From an uncultured Gemmatimonadaceae bacterium (GTDB lineage Bacteria > Gemmatimonadota > Gemmatimonadetes > Gemmatimonadales > Gemmatimonadaceae): a DNA stretch of 64,000 nt. The notes under the pieces are model-generated. The model saw nothing but the letters and a program-made list of their open reading frames with translations, made no database searches and was not told where the DNA came from. The translations under genes were made by a program, and so were the position numbers. Positions 54,972 through 64,000 of this stretch are shown here, one piece after another (within the stretch, counting starts at the first letter, position 1; each line of letters opens with the position of its first letter). The stretch is from the NCBI GenBank assembly GCA_963829055.1, contig CAWHHI010000020.1, positions 384,001-448,000 on the forward strand, given 5' to 3'.

Positions 54972-55084
54972 GGCGGTGACCATACCGCCTGCACTCACCC
55001 GCTCTCGACATCTCCACGCGCGCTGTCTCGCAGCCGAGCCAGGCGGTCGGTCGCGGCACCACCTCGCCGTTAGGCGCCTCCGTC

Positions 55085-57115
<2,031 letters not shown>

Positions 57116-57148
57116 ACGAATGGCACACGCCACGGAAGTGGAGGTCGT

Positions 57149-59690
57149 ATGAAGGCCGCCGGAGAAGGGGCTCCCAAGCTGAAGACGAAACGAAGCGTGC
57201 CAAAGGCTGCTCGGACGACAGACTCGGACGCCCTGTCGAAGGTGATCGCCAGGTATGGCGGCGGCCCGGCCCAGCTCACCGGGAGTGAGAGTGCGCTCTA
57301 CGAACGTCATCTCACGTTCGACAACGTGCTGGCCGCGGAGCATACCGGTGCACGGGAGCAATACGAGGCATTCGCGCGATCCGTCCGCGACGTACTCTCC
57401 CAGCGCTGGATACAGACCGGGCAGACCTACGAGCGAGAAAATCCCAAGCGGGTCTACTACCTGTCGATGGAGTTCCTGATCGGCCGCTCGCTCGCGAACA
57501 ACGTCATCAACATGGTGCTCGACCCGTACGTGCCTCGCATCGCTGCGGAGAAGGGGCTCGATTGGGTAAGCGTCCTGGAACAGGAACCGGACGCGGGGCT
57601 CGGCAACGGAGGTCTGGGGCGCCTCGCGGCGTGTTTCCTGGACTCGATGGCGACCCTGCAGCTTCCGGCCATGGGCTACGGGCTGCGATACGAGTACGGG
57701 ATCTTCCGCCAGTCCGTTCAGAATGGATGGCAGGAGGAACGGCCTGACAACTGGCTCCGGCGCGAGGACCCGTGGGAGGTCGCTCGGCCTAACGAGAAGG
57801 TGGAGATCAAGCTCGGCTGCTCGTTCGAGCTGCGAGGCGGCCGCCTGCGGCTCGTCCAGGGCTCGCCCTCCACGCTGTTAGGCATTCCATTCGACCGGCC
57901 CGTGGTCGGCTACGGAGGGGGAAACATCAACACCCTCCGACTCTGGGCGGCGGCCGCGCCGGACTACTTCGACTTCCAGCGCTTCAGCCGCGGTGAGTTC
58001 GTCGAAGCACTGGAGGAAAAGCTCGCGGCAGAATCTCTCACCCGGGTGCTGTACCCCGACGATTCCACGGTGAGCGGCCAGGCGCTGCGCTTACTCCAGG
58101 AGTATTTCCTCGTCGCCTGCTCGCTGGCCGATCTCGTGCGGCGTTTCCGCAGCGCCAACGACGACTGGAGTGCACTGCCTGACAAGGTGGCGATTCAGCT
58201 CAACGACACCCACCCGGCGCTCGCTGTTCCGGAGCTGATGCGCATCCTGCTCGACGAGGCGCATCTCGGATGGGATGACGCCTGGGAGCTGACGCGGCAG
58301 ACGCTCGCCTATACCAACCACACGCTCCTGCCGGAGGCGCTCGAGAAGTGGCCGCTCAAGTGGTTCGAGCAGCTCTTACCGCGGCATCTCGAGATCGTGT
58401 TCGAGATCAATCGCCGACTACTCGACACGGTTCGCTCCCGCTTTCCGGGAGATGAAGGACGTGTCGAGCGAGTGAGCCTGGTCGAAGAGGGCCGAGCCAA
58501 GCAGATCCGCATGGCCAACCTCGCGATCGTCGGTTCCCACAGCACCAACGGCGTTGCCGCGATCCACTCGGGACTGTTGCGCACGACCACGGTCAAGGAT
58601 CTCGCGGAGACCTTCCCGGAGCGCTTCAACAACAAGACCAACGGAGTCACGCCACGTCGCTGGTTGCTGCTGGCCAATCCCCCGCTGGCCCGCGCGGTGA
58701 CTGACGCAATCGGGAAGTCCTGGATCACCGATCTGAGCCAGCTGAGAAAGCTCGCGCCATTCGCCGCCGACTCGGGATTCCGTGACGCGTTCCGAAGCGC
58801 CAAGCGTCAGGCGAAGGCCAGGTTCGCGGAATGGGTCGAGGCGACATCAGGTCACGTGCTCGACCCGAACACGATCATCGATTCGCCACGTCAAGCGCAT
58901 TCACGAATACAAGCGGCAGTTGTTGAACGCGCTGCGCGTCGTGGTGCTCTACAACCGGCTACGCGAGAACGCGCAGCTCGACATCGCACCGCGCACGTTC
59001 ATCTTCGCGGGGAAGGCTGCACCGGCGTATCAGCTGGCCAAGCTGGTCATCAAGCTCGTGAACAACGTAGCGGCCACCATCGACGGCGACCCCTCGGTAC
59101 GCGGGCGCCTCAAGGTGCTGTTCCTGCCCGAGTACTGCGTGTCCATGGCGGAACGACTCATCCCGGCGACCGACGTCTCCAACCAGATCTCCACCGCCGG
59201 CTACGAGGCGAGCGGCACCAGCAACATGAAGTTCATGATGAATGGGGCGCTCACGATCGGAACGCGCGACGGGGCCACGATCGAGATGGCCGAGGAGGCG
59301 GGCGAGGACAACTTTTTCCTGTTCGGCCTGACCGCTGGCCAGGTGACGGAGAGCCGCGGCCGGTATACGCCGCAGTCACATTACGACACCGAACCGGAGA
59401 CTCGAGCGGCACTCGATCTGATTTTCGATGATCACTTCAGCCGCGACGAGCCAGGCGTGTTCGCCCCACTGCGTGACACGCTGCTCGTCAGCGACCACTA
59501 CCTGCACCTCGCCGACCTGCGATCGTATCTCGAGGCTGACGGGCGGTTGCTGGGATTGTATGCCGATCAGGACGCGTGGGCGGAGAAGGCGATTCTCAAC
59601 GTGGCCGCTTCGGGAAAGTTCTCGAGTGACCGCACGATCGCCGAGTACGCGCGGGAGATCTGGAACGCGAAACCGTGCGCGGTGCCCTGA
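57149..59690 (+). CDS. glgP: Glycogen/maltodextrin phosphorylase; frameshift near 58885
   Basis: YYLSMEFLIGR, GNGGLGRLAACF, QLNDTHP, TNGVTPRRW, KRIHEYKRQ, EASGTSNMKF. Confidence 0.95.
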
Positions 59691-59750
59691 CCGGCATCGA
59701 TTCGATGGAGGCCGCCGCCGCGGCGCCGACGTTAGGCAGGCAGCGCGGCC

Positions 59751-61992
59751 TCAGAGCTGTCTCGAGAACCCGTAGACGAATCGGAGGCCTCTCCGCATGT
59801 CGTGCGTCGCATCGATCGGCAGGGCGACGCCGAGGTAGACGGTACTGCCGAAGAGCCGGACCCCGAAGCTCGCCGTGGCACGGAGCGCCTCGGTGGGCAC
59901 CGACGCCGGCACCGGTTGCCCGGTCTCCGGATCGATTTCCACCTGGCCCGTACTCGTATCCACCTTGTCGCCCAGCCGCCTAACGGCCGCGCGCGCCTGG
60001 TCGTTGCTCGCCCACGCCATCCCCGTCTGGACGCCCATCACCAGATCCGGCGCGACCGGCGGGAACACGAACCCGGTGAAGATCGGGACCGGTGCGCGGA
60101 GGGTCGGAATCGCGTACTGGACCGTCCCGCGCGCGATCCACGCGCGGTCGCCGGCGAACGCCTTGTAGTCGTAGCCCGGAAGGTTCTGCGTCGACCCGAT
60201 CTCGAACAGCTGCTGCGTGGGGACGGTACCGCCGATCAACCCGCCGTACAGCCGTTCGATGAACAGCAGCGACCTGACAGTCTGGCGCGCGATGAACACC
60301 CCTTCCACCCGCTGGTAGTCGAGGTCGCCGTCGCCGCGCTCGTAGCGGACGCCGCCGCCGAAGCGCTCGCGCGTGAGGTCGGCGTGGATGTCGGGGTTCC
60401 ACTCCACGATCGCGATCGACCGCACGTACTGGCCGGGATCGACGATACGGTTCGGACGGAACGGGCTGAAGAAGATGCCTTCCTTCCGGTGTTGCGCCGC
60501 GCCGGTGTCGCGAACAACGCCCAGCTCCAGACGGACGTGCATCCCGGTCGGCGTGAGCACGTTCTCCGCCGTTAGGCGGGCAACACGTCGGTCGACGTAA
60601 TCGTTGTCGTCGGCGGACCAGAAGATGGCCGACCACACGCTGCCGGAGTCGAGTGGCGAGCGGAAGTCGTTCGTCAGATCGAGCAGCCGAGCGACGGCCC
60701 CGGTCGTGATCCACCCATGACGCCGAAAGCCCGGCGCCGACGTAGCCGCGCCACGTCTCCTCGGACCACGCGTAGCCCGCCGTTCCGACCACCGACAAGC
60801 CGGGCACGCGATCGCGCGCGAGCCAGGAGGCGGACAGGCCGGTGTACACCCCCTCCACCTTGTTGAACCGGAACACCTCGTAGTCATTGCGCGCGCGAAA
60901 CGACCAGCGAGGCGGCCCGGTGGGTTTCACGCGATCGGGGTAGAGGTCGTCGAGTGCCTCGTTCTGCGCGATCTCGGTCGCACGCCCTATGGGGAGCAGC
61001 CATGCGCCGTACGCGTCCTGCGAATCGCGGGGCGCATACGTGATGCGATACTGCGGCGATCGCCGCTGAGCGCTGTCGGGCGGTGGGGGCGGGTCACGGG
61101 CAATGATGTCATGGTGTCTGAAGCGCGTCACGAAACGGAGCAGCGTTGCCGATTGTCCCACCACGCCACCGCGCACGATGTCGAGGCGCTCGATGTCGGG
61201 GAGGCGCAGGCCATCCCGCTCGGGGCCGTTCCACATGTCCACGAACCCGACCACTCGCTCGCTCCCGGTGATGTCGTCGAGCGCCTGTATCGCCACGTGG
61301 TGGATGATGTACACCCGGCCGCGCAGGTGGACGACGAGCAGCGTCCGCGCATCGATGTCCACGTCGCCGGCGAACACGCCCGTTCCGGAGGAGACATCCT
61401 CGCGCGGCTGAACCGTGATTCGCATCACGTCGACCGAATCGCCGTTAGGCATGGGCTCGCGAAGCGAGTCGACACGGGGGTACTCATAGTAGTCGGGCCC
61501 GTCCCGAGCGAGCGGATGGACGGTCGCGACGGTCTCCGGCTCGAAGAGGAACCGTCGTATCTGCCGCACGACGGGGTCGAGCGCTTTCTCGACCTTCGAA
61601 ACGCTGGCGGGATTCGGGAACCGCAGGCGGAAGCGATCGCCCTGCAGCACCGGGACGACCCACCCGGCGCGATAGACGCGGGTCATCGCGAGCTCCATCC
61701 CCACCTGCTCGGCGCGATAGCCTGTGACGCGCTGCTCGATGACGCTGTCGCGCGTCCACTCGATCGTCGACGCCTGCTGCTGCATGGAGACGACCTCGCG
61801 CCGTCCCGACGCGCGGCGCGCGACGACGGCGATCTCGGTCTCGAATTCCATCCGTGCTCGATACGGCCGCGCCTCGTAGTTACGAGCCGCGGCTCTCGAG
61901 ACGAGCACGCGGACGTCTGGAGGCGTGAGGACCGAGGAATCCTGCGTCACCACCTGCGGCGCGAGGAGGAGCGTGATGAACGTGGCGAGCAC
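59751..61992 (-). CDS. Exported protein with C-terminal outer-membrane beta-barrel; frameshift near 60720
   Basis: Short signal peptide; FRFNKVEGVYTG; LPGYDYKAFAGD; terminal RFVYGFSRQL. Confidence 0.7.
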
Positions 61993-62012
61993 GAGGACTG
62001 GTTAGGCGCGGG

Positions 62013-62058
62013 ATACTGGGGAGCCTGAAGTCTCGATGGCCTTTGTGCCAAGGTCCAA
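62013..62058 (-). promoter_or_regulatory. Activator box plus promoter for the barrel gene
   Basis: Minus strand TTGGAC-CTTG-GCACAA, AGGCCA, 18 bp, CAGTAT. Confidence 0.55.
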
Positions 62059-62137
62059 TACCGGCGGGCCAGGTCAGCGGACGACAGGTCGAAGGCCGCT
62101 CGTGGCACCTCGACCGAATCCGACAACGTCTGACCGC

Positions 62138-63458
62138 CTAGAGCCAACCGCCACGAAATCCCGCGCGTGTGAGCCCGGTGACGATCGCCGGACTGCGGCG
62201 CATGATGTCCCAGAGGAGACCGGTCCTGTAGTTCTCGATCATCAGCACGACCGGCCCCTGATCGATGCCGAAGTGGTACGGCGTCACCCACCACCCTGTC
62301 GGGCTGTCCGGCATCTCGAACGACTGATTGAACGACGGGCTGAACCCGTATTTCGCCGTCATGCCAAGGTCCATTCGCGCGAACCGCTGCATGGTGGGGA
62401 TGACTATTTCGGGGGCGAACGGCAGTGACGCGACGACGACCCATGGCGCGACGGTGCCGTCGTCGGGACCGAAGGGCGCGCCCCGGGCGATGTAGTCGAA
62501 GAACTCCCGCTCGACACCGTTCACCGTCCGCCTAACGTTCCCCGGGCCGTCGCAGGCCGTGAATCCCCAGCAGTGCTCCCCGTAGCCGACGTAGCCCAGG
62601 GGATTCCGGATCGCGTATTCCTGCTGGACGAGCGTCGCCTGCCGGCGTGTTCTCGAAGTAGTCGCTGTCGTGCGCCCGCATGAACTCGTCCCGCAGGCCG
62701 CGAAAGTCGATCCACAGGTGCGAGAGTTGATGCGTGAAGAGCGGCCCCGAGTACAGCAGCTCGCGATCGTAGATCTGCTTCCACTGGTACGTCGCGCAGT
62801 AGGCGGGATAGCTCTCGAGCGGCAGCGGGTGCGTCGGCGAACCGAGCCCGAGGATGTACAACAGCAACCCTTCGTCGTACCCCTGGTAGCGATGGGGGAT
62901 GAAGCCGCTCTCCGGCCGCCAGCCGTGGGTCAGCGTCGGCCCGCCGTTCCGTGCCCAGTTCCAGTCGGCGCGATGGTACAGCGCGTCGGCCAACTGCCTG
63001 ATCTCGATCTCGTTAGGCACGTCGCGGTCGAAATACGCCCCGGCGGTCAGCGCGCCCGCAAAGAGAAACGCCGAGTCGATGGTCGACAGCTCGCACTGCC
63101 AGACGCGGCGACCCGTCTCGATGTCCAGGAAGTGATAGAAGAACCCCTTGTAGCCGGAGGCGTCCGGCTCCGGGCCCTGCGGGCATTGGAGCAGGTAGCG
63201 CAGTCGCTTCAGGGTGATCTTCGCGGCGAAATCCCGGGCGATGACGCCGCGCTCGACGACGACGGGAATCGTCGCCAGTGCCATGCCCACGGCGGCAATG
63301 CTGACCGGCGCATGCGGGTCGGTCTTGTCACGCACCAGGCCGTTGTCCGGATTGGTCTCGTGCAGATAGTACAGGACCGTGGAGAGCTGCAGCAGCCCCA
63401 AATCCCTGTCGGTCAGCGGTCGATCGAGACCGTCGTCGACATCGAGCCCGGACCGCAT
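62138..63458 (-). CDS. GH144-like (glucoamylase-family) beta-1,2-glucanase, frameshifted
   Basis: NGLVRDK, SIAAVG, GFFYHFLD, ELSTIDSA, HGWRPESGF, PLFTHQLSH, GIDQGP. Confidence 0.82.
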
Positions 63459-63474
63459 TGGCCGTCGTCGTCCG

Positions 63475-64000
63475 TCAGCCCAACTGCACGACGACGTCAT
63501 GGTGCTTCGCGTCGTCGCGCAGCGGCAATGAATCGTTAGGCATCCGCTGGCCGTCCAGCTCGACCGATCGGACGCCGCGACCCGTTCCGGCCGAGTTGTC
63601 CACCAGGATGCGATACGTCGAAGACCCGTGGCGGTAGCGCAGCTCGAATTTCGGCCACGCCCGCGGGATGCACGGCGCGAAACGCAGGGTATCGCCTCGC
63701 AGCTGAAAACCCAGGAGCGTCTCGATGGCCACGCGGTACAGCCAACCCGCCGAGCCGGTGTACCACGTCCAGCCACCACGTCCCGTGTGCGGCGCGGCGC
63801 CATAGATGTCCGCACACGCCACGTACGGCTCGACCTTGTAACGCTGCACCGCCCTGGCCGTCATGGCGTGGTAGATCGGATTGATGAGGTTCCACAGCTC
63901 CATGGCGCGGTCGCCGTGTCCCTGCAGCGCGGTCGCCAGGACGACCCACGTGGCGGCGTGGGTGTATTGCCCGCCGTTCTCCCGGATGCCCGGCACGTAC
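63475..64000 (-). CDS. C-terminus of a GH94 glycoside phosphorylase (cyclic beta-1,2-glucan synthase/NdvB-like), truncated by the window edge
   Basis: PGIRENGGQYTHAATW, YKVEPYV, GRGGWTWYTGSAGW. Confidence 0.88.
   Translation of the reverse strand, partial: YVPGIRENGGQYTHAATWVVLATALQGHGDRAMELWNLINPIYHAMTARAVQRYKVEPYVACADIYGAAPHTGRGGWTWYTGSAGWLYRVAIETLLGFQLRGDTLRFAPCIPRAWPKFELRYRHGSSTYRILVDNSAGTGRGVRSVELDGQRMPNDSLPLRDDAKHHDVVVQLG

Overview
High-GC (roughly two-thirds G+C by eye) diderm bacterial DNA. Gene content and protein style suggest Gemmatimonadota (inference). Many genes are broken by single-base indels, probably long-read consensus errors. Blocks from left to right: (1) peptidoglycan-binding protein and L,D-transpeptidase; (2) a signalling cluster of three MASE1-PAS histidine kinases, two FixJ/LuxR-type regulators and two stand-alone receivers, interleaved with a large exported PLD-like protein, an FGE-family enzyme, and an NTT-like transporter/HEAT/cNMP gene coupled to an exported PI3K-like kinase; (3) TamA/TamB, other outer-membrane barrels, a DUF4136 lipoprotein and an orphan RND adaptor; (4) a decarboxylase island (porin, three Orn/Lys/Arg decarboxylases, PotE, a binding protein, a second antiporter); (5) GH63, LOG, xfp, glgX, glgP, then GH144/GH94. 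Two DNA-level patterns stand out. First, the non-palindromic octamer GCCTAACG/CGTTAGGC: 58 perfect copies and 15 one-mismatch variants by hand count, about one per 0.9 kb, on both strands, written into genes with rare codons. Second, a 16-bp pseudo-palindrome TTGGAC-N4-GTCCAA in front of about 15 transcription units, 23-24 nt before a -10-like hexamer at 12 of them, which suggests an undescribed class II activator regulon. No rRNA, tRNA, CRISPR array or transposase was recognised.
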